Positions 13,810-26,935 of a stretch of DNA of 64,000 nt are shown one piece after another. The stretch covers positions 28,458,001 through 28,522,000 of the forward strand of contig NC_043016.1 of NCBI RefSeq assembly GCF_006345805.1. Direction: 5' to 3'. This DNA comes from Octopus sinensis (Eukaryota). The number at the start of each line of letters is the position of its first letter. The stretch's first letter is position 1. The position numbers and the translations under genes were made by a program. The notes under the pieces were generated by a model that worked only from the letters and a program-made list of their open reading frames with translations, made no database searches and was not told where the DNA came from.

Positions 13810-13958
13810 TATATATCGTGTGTATTTTGTGTGTCTGTGTTTGTCCCCCCAACATCGCTGACAACTGATGCTGGTGTGTTTACATCCCCGTAACATAGCG
13901 GTTCAGCAATAGAGACCGATAGAATAAGTACTAGGCTTACAAAGAATAAGTCCTGGGT
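13574..13958 (+). mobile_element. SINE family B with internal (AT)n expansion
   Basis: Well-preserved head AGGCGTAGGAGTGGCTGTGTGGTAAG and B-box-like GGGTTCAGTGCC; shared body blocks. Confidence 0.88.
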
Positions 13959-14374
13959 TGGAATAGGTGAGCCAAAAGGGTCCACCAGGTTTTATGCCTA
14001 CATTGGCAGTGTTTCTACAGCTGGATGCCCTTCCTAACACCAACCACTTACAGTGCACTGGGTGACTTTTTATGTGGCACCAGTGAGGCCCCCAAGTACC
14101 TGTAAAATAAAACCCCTCAACTGAGTAAGGTATAGACTAGAAAAAGAAACTATGATAGAGGGAGAGGAGCAGGTATCTTGCTGATGAGGTGAATACATGG
14201 CTTGCCCATCTGGAAAATGAGAGAGAGAAAATTGGAATGTGAGGTTCAAGTACAACATGAATGTGAAACAGACTAGGGATTGCTCTAAGGGAAAAGAGTG
14301 TGACATAATTAGAGATAGGGAATGACTTGGACTCAGAGGATATCAGCTCAGTGTAGCAGGAAGTGAAGAAAACA

Positions 14375-14950
14375 AGTAAGTTGTGGGAGAAGGCTTGATA
14401 GTTGAGATGGACATGTCTTCTCAAACACAGCACAACACCATTCATCTCGATCCCCTATCACCTCCTCTGAGAGGCTCAGAGGAGGTCAGTCTTCACCACT
14501 TTGTCCCATGTCTTCCTCTTTTGCATGCCCCTTCTGTGTTTAGCAATTGGCATTTTTTTATACAGCTGTCTTCATCTTTCAGCATTATATGACTATAGCA
14601 ATGCAATCTTCTCTCCTACACACCACATTTGATGCCTCTTATGCCCAATATTACTCTAAGCACATGTGTACTTTCCTGTACATGCACACTGACATTGCCC
14701 ATCCATCAGAACATACTTGTTTCATTTCTTTTAACTCTTCACATGTCCTCTGCATTCATAGCTCAAACTTCACAGTCGTGTAGCATAGTTGTTCATACAC
14801 AGGCATCATACAATCTGCCTTTCATTCTGAGAGAGAGGGCTTTTATTACCATCAGATGTAAAAGTTCTCTGCACTTTCTGTAGCTATTTCATATTCTAGT
14901 AACTATACTTTCTGAGCTTCCTCCTCTACTGCTAATTAGGTCACCTAGCT
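14375..14950 (-). mobile_element. Decayed RTE LINE C-terminal fragment
   Basis: Minus strand resembles 45530-46070 (KGRLY.ACV..MLH..E.WA); multiple stops. Confidence 0.65.
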
Positions 14951-15597
14951 AACAGAAAATATCTAGTAGTTCTAGGGAGCCTCCTGGGCATCTCAGAACA
15001 TCTATTCCTTGTTTGCTCTTATTCATTGCTCCTGTACATCTGCTACAAGCAAATTCTACTTTATGAATTTATCTTTGATTTCACTGCACCTCTTATGAGT
15101 TCATAGTTTGCACTGAACAGACCATATGAATTTTCTACCTACAATTTATCTACATATGGAACAGGGTCATTTACCTGGAAGGATTAATGTTCTGTCTGTT
15201 CTCCTGCTTATTAGAACTTCAGTTTATGCTAAGCTAACCGTAAGACTTTTTGATTTCAGGTTTTGTTTCATCGTGTTACCCAATTCCTTGTGAATGACTG
15301 ACAGAAACTGTATGGAACCTTTTTAAAATGCAATTAATTGCGAAGAAATTTTGATAAACAGGGATCAGTGAATAATATAGAATTGAATAATAACAACCAG
15401 AATATGTTTAAAAATTGACTCTAAAAAATTGATTGGTGATAAGAAAAAAAAATCAGCCAGTGATAAGAAAAACTAGATTAAATATCTTGCTGTGTTTTGT
15501 TTTCAGTTCAAATTTGATTAGGGCAGACATCCATCTTTTCAATAGTAGTGTTAATAAAATACATAACAGTTGTTGTATGTTCTGGAGATTGGTTTAA

Positions 15598-15812
15598 CCC
15601 TTTAGCATTCAGATTACTCTGTCAAATATAATGCTTATTTATTCACATTGTTTTGAATTAATCATGCATTACCTCATAGCTTTCATATTTCAATGATATG
15701 ATTGTTTTGTTCTTAGACTGACAATGTAGGGTAGGTGAGATAGGCCATTTAAATCTAGTTTAATCATAAAACAGGTAGACTATTTCAGCCAGATATGGCC
15801 AGCTTAAAAAGA
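15598..15812. mobile_element. piggyBac-like MITE, copy 1 (right end decayed)
   Basis: TTAA (15594-15597) followed by CCCTTTAGCATT; body homologous to 23329-23545 and 30959-31174. Confidence 0.65.
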
Positions 15813-15954
15813 ATCACTTCACACAAAATTTGCAATTTTAAATCATTGTCAGGAAGCAAGAGTTGGAAAAGGATTTTATTGAAATAGAATGTTGAAATAC
15901 CACTTCAAATTATATTTATTTATTTATGTTTCTTTTCTTTTTTTTTTTTTTCAG

Positions 15955-16035
15955 GCTTCAAGAAGATCCTCCTGCCGGTGTGAGTGGTGCACCAACAGAT
16001 AACAATATTATGCTATGGAATGCTGTGATTTTCGG
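15955..16035 (+). CDS. UBE2A: RAD6/UBE2A-type E2, first coding exon seen (81 nt): (R)[26 protein letters not shown](G)
   Basis: Long poly-T tract plus CAG acceptor (AG 15953-15954); GTTAGA donor at 16036. Translation matches the RAD6/UBE2A/B N-terminal region; the 81-nt size matches vertebrate exon 2 as I recall it. UBE2A versus UBE2B cannot be resolved. Confidence 0.96.
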
Positions 16036-17124
16036 GTTAGACTTTGTTTTCCATTTCTAAAGTTTTATGTTAATTTGTATACATTATATTCTATATTTTA
16101 GTCATTTCAAGTAAGTCATTCACTCTGGTTGTTATCTGTGTCCCCTTTAGTCTGCCATTTTAATTGCCTTTCAACCATTTCTTGTAAATTTGATAAATTT
16201 TTTAATTCTAAAGGAACAAGCTACAAAACAGCCATTTTCTTTGTAGATTTTATCATTTGGATGAAGTTTACAGAAATATATTTGGATGCAAAACTAATGT
16301 AGTCAAGTAAATGTGATGAGATTAGTAAATCATAGATCCTGAGTTCAAATCTACTAGCTGCTTTTATTGAATATTTATGTTAGTTGTAAATATTCTTAAT
16401 TTCATCCCTCTCTGTTCACTTAAGTTGTTAGGAATATGTGTTAGATCTGATGTTGGCTAGCATTTTGGAACTTAAGTATTTGCCATTCATAACATTACAA
16501 TTATTAAAAGTATTTACATATATTGTACCATTTACTACAATGTTTATTACTGAGTGTTGTAAGTGACCTCAAAGTTCATTCGCATTGTGCTCTGATCAGA
16601 CCTCCATTTGGCTGGTTTGTATGGTTATAGTCTGCTTGAGAGCTGCTCATGAGGTCTCAGTATCCAGCTTCTATGAAGGTTTTTTAATTTCAATACATGA
16701 TAAAATAATTGCATTTCAATCCAGATACCTGGGAAAATAAGTTGCAAACTGAGTTAATGAATAAAAATCATTACCAACGTTTATTTGACAAACAATTGTC
16801 TCAACATTTGATTTTGTACACCCTCTAAAACTATAAAAATTGAGAACTGAGGGGAAATATTACAAGGCTTTGCTTAATTGATGCTTAGTTTTCTTGTTTT
16901 ATCTTCATTTTACAATTTTTCATCTAATGATGATGATTACATGAAATAAAACCATGTTTGTGTGGATTAAATGAGATAGAATTATCATCATTATTGTATC
17001 TAAATATTGGAATGAGCAGATATTTAGATAAAAATAAATTGGTTGTCTACTCATCTAAAATTAACATGTCTACTGCTGTTTCAGTTGATGCATTCAATGT
17101 TTACTGACTACACTCTCTCTCTTT

Positions 17125-17482
17125 TTCTTTTTACTTGTTTCAGTCATTTGACTGCGGCCATGCTGGAGCACCGCCTTTAGTCGAGCAACTCGACCCCGGG
17201 ACTTATTCTGTTTTTGTAAGCCCAGTACTTATTCTATCGGTCTCTTTTGCCGAACCGCTAAGTAACGGGGACATAAACACACCAGCATCGGTTGTCAAGC
17301 AATGCTAGTGGGGACAAACACAGGTACACAAACACACACACAAATATATACATATACATATATACGACGGGCTTCTTTCAGTTTCCATCTACCAAATCCA
17401 CTCACAAGGCTTTGGTCGGCCCGAGGCTATAGTAGTAGACACTTGCCCAAGGTGCCACGCAGTGGGACTGAACCCGGAACAC
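17125..17482 (-). mobile_element. SINE family B, young copy, head truncated
   Basis: Reverse complement of the family B body and tail with many intact CpGs. Confidence 0.88.
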
Positions 17483-17519
17483 TGTTTCACTCCAGGTCTG
17501 AAGTGAAATTTATATTACT

Positions 17520-17815
17520 ATATGTCTTCTTAACATCAACCACTGTATACAGTGAGAGCTTGATAGGTTTATCACAACACCATTTGTAATAGTTGGGGTT
17601 TATAAAACTATATGTCCTTTCTGACATCAACCATAGTATACAGTGAGGGCTGGTAGGTTTATCATGACACCACCGGTAGTAGCTGGGCTTATATAACCGT
17701 ATGGCCTTCTTAATATCAACCACTGTATACAGAGAGGACTAGGTAAGCTTATGATACCACCAGCAGTAGCTGGGGTTTATGTAGCCATCCTTTCTAATGT
17801 TGACCAGTGAGGGCT
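17520..17815. repeat. About 90-bp tandem repeat, roughly 3.3 diverged units
   Basis: ATCAACCA..GTATACAG recurs at about 17534, 17625 and 17714. Confidence 0.8.
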
Positions 17816-19084
17816 GTCATTATCATCATCATCATTTAACGTCTGTTTTCCATGCTGACAGTTACTGGTTAGGCAGAAGACTGCACCATGTTTCACTGTC
17901 TGTTTTGGCAGGGTTTTTATGGCTGGATGCCCTTCTTAACACCAACCATCTTGCAGAGGGGACTGAGTGCTCTTTATGTGACACCAGCACCATATAAAAA
18001 TTTATATGCTTGGTTTTTCACAACTATATGTTGGTTAAAAAATATTATTTGCCTATGGTGGCACTGATTACTTGTTAGAAATCGTCTTAGTAGTTTAGGG
18101 TTGTGGAGACAGGTAAGAATTACAGACAATTGATTAGACTGAAACAATATCTGTCTATTGACAGATTGTAAAAAATTTTTTAAATGAAACTTAATACTCT
18201 TTCCTTTTTTTGAAATTGTAGGAGTGCTGTATTTCTCATGGCATTACACTGTTAGCATTTATATTCTACATTCTACATTATGTTGCCAAATTAATGAAGT
18301 TATAAAAACCAACTTTCTGATAAGACCTTGTTGTTGTGTCTCATTTTGAAATGTTTGTGTCAGAACAATCATCTTTAATTTTCTAAATAGGACCCCCCTT
18401 CATCAACATAATATGGATGACATACATAAATCATGTTAGAGACCTGACCAACGTTTCTTGTGAATATCAGTAGTTTTGAGGTTTACATGTTTATACTCAA
18501 TTGTATTTTGAATGGGAGTATAGGGGAGTAATACATCTGGAAATTCCAAATACACAAAACAGAAGATATTAATTTGTATATGCATTGGTGGGTTTGAAAT
18601 GGAAAGTAATTTCATATCAAAATAATCTTTGGTAATAGTATTCTTAATATCAGCTCCTTGGTATTTCTGGTCCATGGATAGAGAAGATACATGAACTTTC
18701 CCTATAATATGTAATATCTGTTAAAAAGGTATCTTTATCAAAAGGGACAAAATTATTGCCAAACCAATTATTCCTAATAGCTGAAAACAATATATTACCT
18801 CAAAGAGCTCTGTATTATATATAATGCCTTGGTTGAGCCATATATTCTCAACTCTTTGAGATATTTCAAGTGTTATAAGTTTGTTCATTCTGACAGTCAA
18901 TGGCCTTGAGTTGAAGCTTATGATGATATTGACTGCATGTCTGTCTTGATTTCAATTAAAGAGAAAAAAAATTCAAGTGCAAAGAAAGTGAGGTGGGGGG
19001 ATCTTGCTTAGATGCAAAGTGATTAATTTCTTTTAAAGGTTATTTATGTTCTTGTCCTTCATAAATAATGAAAGGTCCCCCAAG

Positions 19085-19233
19085 AAGATATGGCTCCGTG
19101 ACAAGAAGCTTGCTTTCCAATCACATGGTTTTGGGTTCAGTCTCATTGCAAGGCAGCAGCTTGGGCAAATATCTTCTACTATAACCCTGGCTGACCAAAG
19201 CCTTGTGAGTGAATTTAGTAAACTGAAAATCTG

Positions 19234-19268
<35 letters not shown>

Positions 19269-19510
19269 AGAGATGTGTATGTGTGTATATATATATATAT
19301 ATGTTTATCTCTTCATTTTTGTCCCTTGTCACTGCTTAACAACTGGTGCTGGTTTGTTTACATCCTCATAACTTAAACAGTTCAGCTAAAGAGACCAGTA
19401 GAGTAAGTACCAGACTTATAAAATAAGCACCAGGGTTGATTTGTTTGAATAAACCCTTCAGAGCAGTGGTCTAACATGGCTACAGTCAAATGACGGAAAC
19501 AAGTAAAAGA
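19085..19510 (+). mobile_element. SINE family B, diverged
   Basis: Shared head, body and GAAACAAGTAAAAGA tail. Confidence 0.75.
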
Positions 19511-19886
19511 TACAAAGACTCTTCACAGGTATCCACCCTTAGTATCGTCTCTAAGGAACTAATTTTTAAGAGTCCTGATAGCATCAGATTAAATCATCAT
19601 CATCATCATCATCATCATTTAACATCTGTGTTCCATGCTAGCGTGGGTGGGAGGTTATGATAAACATTATGACATCTGTAGCTCTGATGTCAGATATTAG
19701 TAACTCTGACTTGTTACATACAAGTCACTGGTAGTGCTGATATACTGAATGATTAATCAAAATATTATTATTTAAGACCCACATTCCCAAGCTTGCATTG
19801 GCCAGACAGAGTTTGAGGCAGATTTTCTAGTCAGATGTCCTTTCTGTTGCCAACACTCACTTGCTTCCAAGTATAGTAATACTCCC

Positions 19887-20259
19887 CAAAGGTGGGCACT
19901 GTTAATTGAAAAGTTAACTCTGTTAATCTGTTAACCAAAAAGTTAACTTTGATAACCGTTAATCAGTTAATTCTTTAAAAAATGTAATGGAAGTTATTGA
20001 TAGACAGTTAATGTTAATTTTTATTATAGAAAAAAACCCCCAAAAAATCAGTTTTTGCTCTAAAATCACCTAACAACACCTTTAAAAAGTGCCAAAACTA
20101 TAAGATCTGTTGATTTCAATTCAATTGAAGTTAACGGAAGTTAAATGTAACAGAAGTTAATTGGTCCGATAATGACTTCCAAAGCTAACTCAAAGTTAAA
20201 TCATTAAAGAAAATGTTAACTTTGTTAATTAACAATTAATGGTTTGGTGCCCAGGTTTG
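19887..20259. mobile_element. hAT-like MITE (373 bp) with GTTAA(C) subterminal motifs, nested in another repeat
   Basis: TIRs CAAAGGTGGGCAC / GTGCCCAGGTTTG; degenerate 8-bp TSD ATACTCCC (19879-19886) / ATATTCTC (20260-20267). The host repeat is contiguous at about 29400-29470. Confidence 0.8.
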
Positions 20260-23200
20260 ATATTCTCCCATGGCCAGATATATTCTCACAGAATATTGGA
20301 AATGAGTGACACTTGTATGACAGTGATACTCATCTTAACTTTAAAGCAATGTCAAGGACAAGGAGACACAAACACACACACACACACACACACACACATG
20401 CATTGTGGGCTTCTTTCAGTTTGTATACCAAATCCATTCACAAGGCTTTGGTTGACCCAAGACTATAAAGAAGTCACTTGCCCAAGACGCCATAACATGG
20501 GACTTAATTGGAAACCATATGGTTGGGAAGTGATCTTACTACACAACCATGCCTTCAATGAATTGACGTTCCTTTCTTAGAGAAAGAAAACAAAAGCCTA
20601 GCAGCATTCGTTTGTGACTCAGAGGAAAGGGGAGATAATTTCAAGAAATTGGGAGGCAGTTTCTTAGAAAATTGGAAAATTGAAATCTTATGCTTAGGAT
20701 GGAAGGTGGGGATGGGGGAGATTCCAATGTTTGTTGGCAGGGAATAACTGCTATGATCAGTGAACAGATTTTTATGAAAGTGAATTTATTGGCCAAAATT
20801 GGTTTTCAACTGTTTTTCTGCATACTTCAATCTGAGTTAATTGATCAAAATAGTCTGGAGTAGACTGTCTTGATTGATGAGCCTTAACATGCCTGTAACT
20901 GTTATATTTTTCTGCTCTCATAGATCAGATTTAATTGCCAAAGAAGGAAGATTTTTATGTGAAATACAGTGTCTTGAAATTATCTCCCTTCTCTTTTTTG
21001 AGCGTTATTTAGAATTAGTTAGATTTATATATATTTTTTTTCTCATTAAGAGTAACGTTTTAATCCATTGCTAACTTTTTTGTATACATCATTCAATACA
21101 CTCATTACCTACCTGAATTTTTAAAATTCATGTTCTTGGCCATTTGAGTTATTCTTGGCTTACTTTATGTAATTACATTCGTTTGTGTTACTTTACCCAA
21201 ATTAATTTTCAGCTCAATAATTGTCTGACACAGAAGCTTATGTTATAGAATTAAAAAGACAGCTTAACCCCCCGCTGAACCCTATCTAATCATGGGCATC
21301 TTTAATGATCACAACCCTATAAAGAAGATTCATATTAAACCACCCAAAACTTAAACAGCAAAATACTGTATTTCTCTCACACATTTGTGGCCAAGAAGTG
21401 AAAAGTAAATATTGTCACTGCTAAATACTGTCTCTCTCAAATTCCATTATGATTCTGTATGGAATAACTTGTTCTCAGCTCCCTGTAATATAAAGTAGTG
21501 TTCTCTGATATTCTCAGTCGCTGGGTAGAAAATTAAGGAAGCATATTAGAACCAATTCCAATGTTAATGTATTAAGAAGCTTAGTAGTTCCATTTGTTGA
21601 ATTAAGAAAGGAATTCCATATATAGAAGCAATGCCTAAAGAACTTTGTCAAGAGAAAGGTTTTTAGTGTGCAGTAAATAAGATGAGGCTCTACTGTCTTG
21701 TTAGTGGGTATTGGAGATAGGAATTACATATGGGTTTCCCAGTGTAAACATGTATTTACTGGTGCCCAAGAGTAGTAGTTGTATCACAGGCAGGATGACA
21801 CAGAAAATAAACTTTGCATGTAGCAAATACACAGGAGAAGTTAGCTGTAAAAGCACCCATAAAAATGAATTCTCGCTAATGCCTAGAATTAAGTGTCGGC
21901 TTTTGTTACCTAGATGACCTGATCATCAATGGAGGTGGGTATTTGAAAGCAGGGTAAGAATGAGGTGATAAAATTATTATCTCAACAGGAAAAAAGGATT
22001 TTTTTTATCCCCCAAGCAAAGGATAGATATTGTGAAGTGCGGTTGCATAGTAGTGAAACATGAGTCTTCAATGGGGAAAGAATAAGGCAAACATGTTCTG
22101 CTATATGTGAAATGCTAGTGTGTATGAATATTGGAGCTCATATTCAGAGAGTAATTGGGTTATAAGACAAAGTTGATAGAGTTGGAAGAGAGTTGCAATG
22201 TATATGGAAGATAATGCTTGGCTAACAAAGTACCAAATGACCCATGGAGAAATAATCTTTGGAAGAGGTAGCCCATGGAAGATATAGGATGAACTGTTGA
22301 AGGTTAATCGTTGAAGAAACTTAACCTTATGAAAATGATTATGCTGAAAAATAAAACCGATCCAATTCCTGCAAGCACAGAAAAGTGGATGTAAAATTGT
22401 TGATGTAGTTATTAAACTGACCATGTTTACTCAAAGTCTGTCACAGTTCCAAATCATAAATGCAATCCATTGTTTGAGGTTTGCTAAGATTCTGTAAAGT
22501 CACTAAAAAACAAAAGAAAAAGAAAAAAAGCCTTCTGTGTGATCCCTTTACACCTTGTGTACCAATAGAAAGAAGAATTATAAATTGAGAAGAATTCCTG
22601 TGGAAAAATCTCTCTAAAGTAATCAAAATCATACCCAACTAATTAACAAAAAAATTATAAGGAATTAAAAAACCTATATCAAAATTATTAATCACATTTC
22701 TACAATATATTGATTAAACAAGATGAAACATTTTCTAAACACTTTTCAAGGAATTGTTTCCTGAAATTACTAAGACAGAAAAAAAATTACTATAAGATCT
22801 ACACTTGAATGTTAATTCCAAAAGTACATGTTGATTTTAATTCAATATCTTCACTTTAATTTTTAATTCAAATAATCTAAAAAACTACAATTTCCTTGTT
22901 TTCCTCTCTCACTGACTAGCAGAAATGGAAATACATATCTCCTGTGAAACAATACCTACTCTGAAGTTATTATTTAACATTGTGATTTCATTGTTTATTC
23001 AAGACAAGATGTTATAAATAACATCTGATCTTTCAGATATTTTTCTCTTTTCACTTTCTTCAAAGGAGAAGGAAAAGAATATTTCCTTACCAACTGCATG
23101 TACATCAGTAATCCTGAAAATTACACACCAATCTCTTTTATAAACTACTTAAGAAATATTTTAAAATAATCATGTAACTACCTTGAACAAAATTGCATGC

Positions 23201-23328
23201 ACACAAGTATTCAGTGCAAACTTAATATGGAATAGATCATCTGATTCATTTGGAGACAGTTATGCTGAGGGGTTAATACTTTATTAACCCTTCAAAGTAT
23301 TAATAAAGAAGGGTTAATAAAGTATTAA

Positions 23329-23545
23329 CCCTTCAGCATTTAGATTACTCTATCTAATGTAATCCTTATTTAGTCACACTGTTTTGAATTAATCATGCAT
23401 TATCTCCTAGCTTTGAGAATTTAATGATGCAGTTGTTTATTTTTATGACATTGTAGGCTAGGTGCAAGAGGTTGGATATGGTGACCTTGAACATAAAGCA
23501 AGTAAAATATCTGGGCCAGATATGGCCAGTTTAAATGGTAAAGGG
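23329..23545. mobile_element. piggyBac-like MITE, copy 2 (217 bp)
   Basis: TTAA at 23325-23328 and 23546-23549; termini CCCTT...AAGGG. Confidence 0.85.
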
Positions 23546-26229
23546 TTAACATAGAATATGTTGTCTCTGGATTTTTCTTGTTGTGTAAAGTTTTTTTCTA
23601 AATCAATTTGGAAATATGAAATCTTATAAAGAAAGTTAAATTTCCTTTTATCATTGGGTTACTGTTTAAGTATCTTGCTGATGTTCTGGCCATGTTAGCA
23701 TTCTTGGAAATGAGGAATTTGATAGAATAGCTAAACAAAATATGTTGGTAATGATTTAAAACACGTGTTTTTGTAAGTGTGTAGTTATTGTTTGCTTGTA
23801 TTTTTCACGACTTAAAGAAGAAAAGGCAGCGCTTGTATTATTCAGGGCTTCTAAAAGTTTGGAGGATGGACGATATCTTACAATGGGAGATCTAACTTGA
23901 ATACTTACAACAGAATGGATTCTATTAAAAGCATCCAATGGCTAGTTAACTTGGAAAATAGATTGTCTGTCACCCAAAGTTTCAGTCTTTCAAGTTTCAT
24001 TCACAAAACTTCTTGTCCAAGTGTATAGTGAAATTGAACCTAAAGCAATGTTAATTGTAAATAGAATGTATTAACAACACTGCCATACCAGCACCCCAAG
24101 ACTTCATAAACTCTATAGTTTTTCATTTTATTAGAAATTCTATCATAATCAAATCTGTTGAGAAATTACAAAAATTAAATGTATGACAATAAAATAAAGT
24201 TAAAATGTTTAGAGTGTTTATTAACACATATTTATTTATACTTGAGAGCTAGTTCCTCTGTGCATTTTAAAATCTTGGGATTACCCAAACATAGTGTAGC
24301 TATTACCACATTGGTGGAAAATATCTGTTGAACAGTTAAACATTGATAATTTTCACCATTGGAGTAAGGGTTGCATGTTACAATTTTGTATTTCTCTTGT
24401 ATAATTGTGTCTTCTTACTTAGATATAAATAATGCTGTTTTTGCAAGACCAACAACTTACACTGTAACTATTAATATGTTGTTTCAAATAGTTGTATTAA
24501 ATTTGATGGATTATATTCTGTACTAACAATACTCCTATTTCAACTCAAATTGCTATTCCTCAGTCAAATATAGATATATGTAACACACTAGATTTTGTTC
24601 AATCAATTGTACACTCGCCTCTTCAAAACTTTATTGGACTCAATGAGAAGGCATGCATATAGTTCTTAAAAAGATGCATCATCTGAAAATAAAATACAGA
24701 ACGGTCAGTGTTGGAACCTCTAGTGATATAGGTCACTGTCTATAATAAGGCTGACCTTAATCCAGCAGACCTTTGATAGATAAGGTTACACAATAACCAC
24801 ATTGCAACCATCATCTAACAGGGTACTCAATATTTATGATCAACCTGCTAAGAATAGCAGCTAAAAATCCCTGAAAAAAAAACGGAATTCTACTGTCTGA
24901 AAAAAGACAAAATAGTCATAGCTGGAACATCTTTGATCAAAGTTGACCTGGATTTAAAGAACAACAGTATTATAAAATTTAATTGGAATTTGTTTTTGTA
25001 CCTCTAAAAGAAGTATAATAGCTGCATTTTCTTTTTTGTAGGATATGTGATTTAGTGATCATATTAACCTGAGTATATAACTGCTATTTAATCAACTATA
25101 GAGGGATGAAAAGTAAAATCAACACCAATGGAGATTTCAACAAGAAATAGTGAAGTACTGAACATGTTTGGGTAAACCTTATAGTTTGCCTTTTTACTTC
25201 CTTTACCCAGTTCCACTGTACTGGATTATTGAAAAATAAACCTGTATTGTTTTGTATGCTGGAAGAAGATTTTCAAAATGATGACCTGCAATATTAAATG
25301 GCATTGGTTTAGGGTAAAAACAACACTCCCACCCATAAGTCATCCAACATTAAATTTTATATTAAAGGGTCAAACAAATTTAGAAGAAATAGCTGCAGTG
25401 TACGACTTGGAGCATATACATGTTCAGTCATATCAACCAAGGAAAGAGGAAAAAAAGTGAATGCAAAATCAAGTAATATTGATAACAGTGTTCTGATTCC
25501 TCAAGAATTCATTAATAAAGAAATAACTTATGGTATCTTGTCTTAACATGTTTATTTTCTTTCTTTTCTTTGTTTTTTTTTAAACATGTTTCCAACCTTC
25601 CCTTTATCTGTGTAATAGAAACTAGTACCATTTCAGTTTATTTCTCTAGTGCTAACTAATGAACGGTTTAATTTTACAAATTGACACTTGTAAGGTGTGT
25701 GTGTGTCAACAAGCATGAATTTAATATTACTAAACATTTGCAATGAGTTATTATTAACAGTTGTCAGGTAGCAGAATTGGTAAAGTGACAGGTAAATTGT
25801 GGTTTCTGGCTTCAAATCTTGCCAGAGGTTTATTTTGCAAGATTTTTTTCTGTTCATTCTTCTAGCAACTGCGAAAATAAGTACCTATTAATTGACTTCT
25901 CCCTTTCCTAAATATATGATCTTCAGACCATATTAGAAACCATTATTATTCAAAGGGTGAGGGCTGCATGGCAGAATAAATATTGGTTAAAAATTATGAA
26001 TAAGCTTTAAGTTATATTTGAAAATCCTGCCCTATATCAATTTCTACCTTTCATCCTGCAGGGGTCAATAAAATAAATATTCATGTTATAATTGTTGTTT
26101 GTTCCTTCCAAATGAATTTGGTTAAATTTGCCTTCCATCCTTTCAGACTATATACTGTACCAGTTATATTCTGGGGTCAGTTTCATTGACTAAATCCCTC
26201 CTCTAAAATTGGTAGCCTTGTGCCCAAAT

Positions 26230-26935
26230 TAGAAACATTATTATTATTAAGGCAGTGAGCTGGCAGAATTGTTAGCACACCAGGCGACATGCGGTACTTT
26301 GCCTGTCACTATATTCTGAGTTCAAATTCCACCAGGGTCGATTTTGCTTTTCATCTTTTTGGGGTCAATAAATTAAGTACCAGTGAAACACTGGGGGGGG
26401 GGGGGTCGATGTAATTGACTAGACCCCTCACCCAAGATTTCAGGCCTTGTGCCTTTAGTAGAAAGGTTTATTATTATTATTATTATTATTATTAAGGTGG
26501 CAAACTGGCAGAATCATTAACATGTCAGGGAAAATGCTTAGTGATATTTTTTTTGGGGGGGGGGGGGGCTCTTTGTTCTCAGTTCAAATCCCATGGAGAT
26601 TGACCTTGCCTTTCATCCTTTTGGAGTTGATAAAATAAGTACCAGTTGAGTAGTGAGGTAATATAATTGACTAACCCCTTCCCCCTAACTTCAGGCCTTG
26701 TGCCTATAGCAGAAACAATTATTACTATCACTACTGTTAGTATTGGTTAAGGCAGCGAGCTAGCAGAATCATTAGCAAAGTGTTTTGCAGCATTTCGTCC
26801 GTCTTAATATCCCAAGTTCGAATTCCATCATGGTTAACTTCCCTTTCAGTTGAACATTGGCATTGATATAATCGACTTTTACCATTCCCTGAACCTGCTG
26901 GCCTTGTGCCAAAATTCGAAACCATTATTATTAGT
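26230..26935 (+). mobile_element. Head-to-tail array of three family A SINEs (more decayed pieces from about 25870)
   Basis: Heads at about 26230, 26495 and 26750; the first two follow (ATT)n+AAG; tails GGCCTTGTGCC..GAAA. Confidence 0.8.

Noticed and set aside
1-15954. First coding exon of the E2 gene (expected MSTPARRRLMRDFK-like)
   Set aside because: I scanned by eye and found no matching sequence with a donor; it is probably upstream of the window.
21400-22450. Non-repetitive stretch with short ORFs
   Set aside because: No recognisable domain or convincing splice-site pair.
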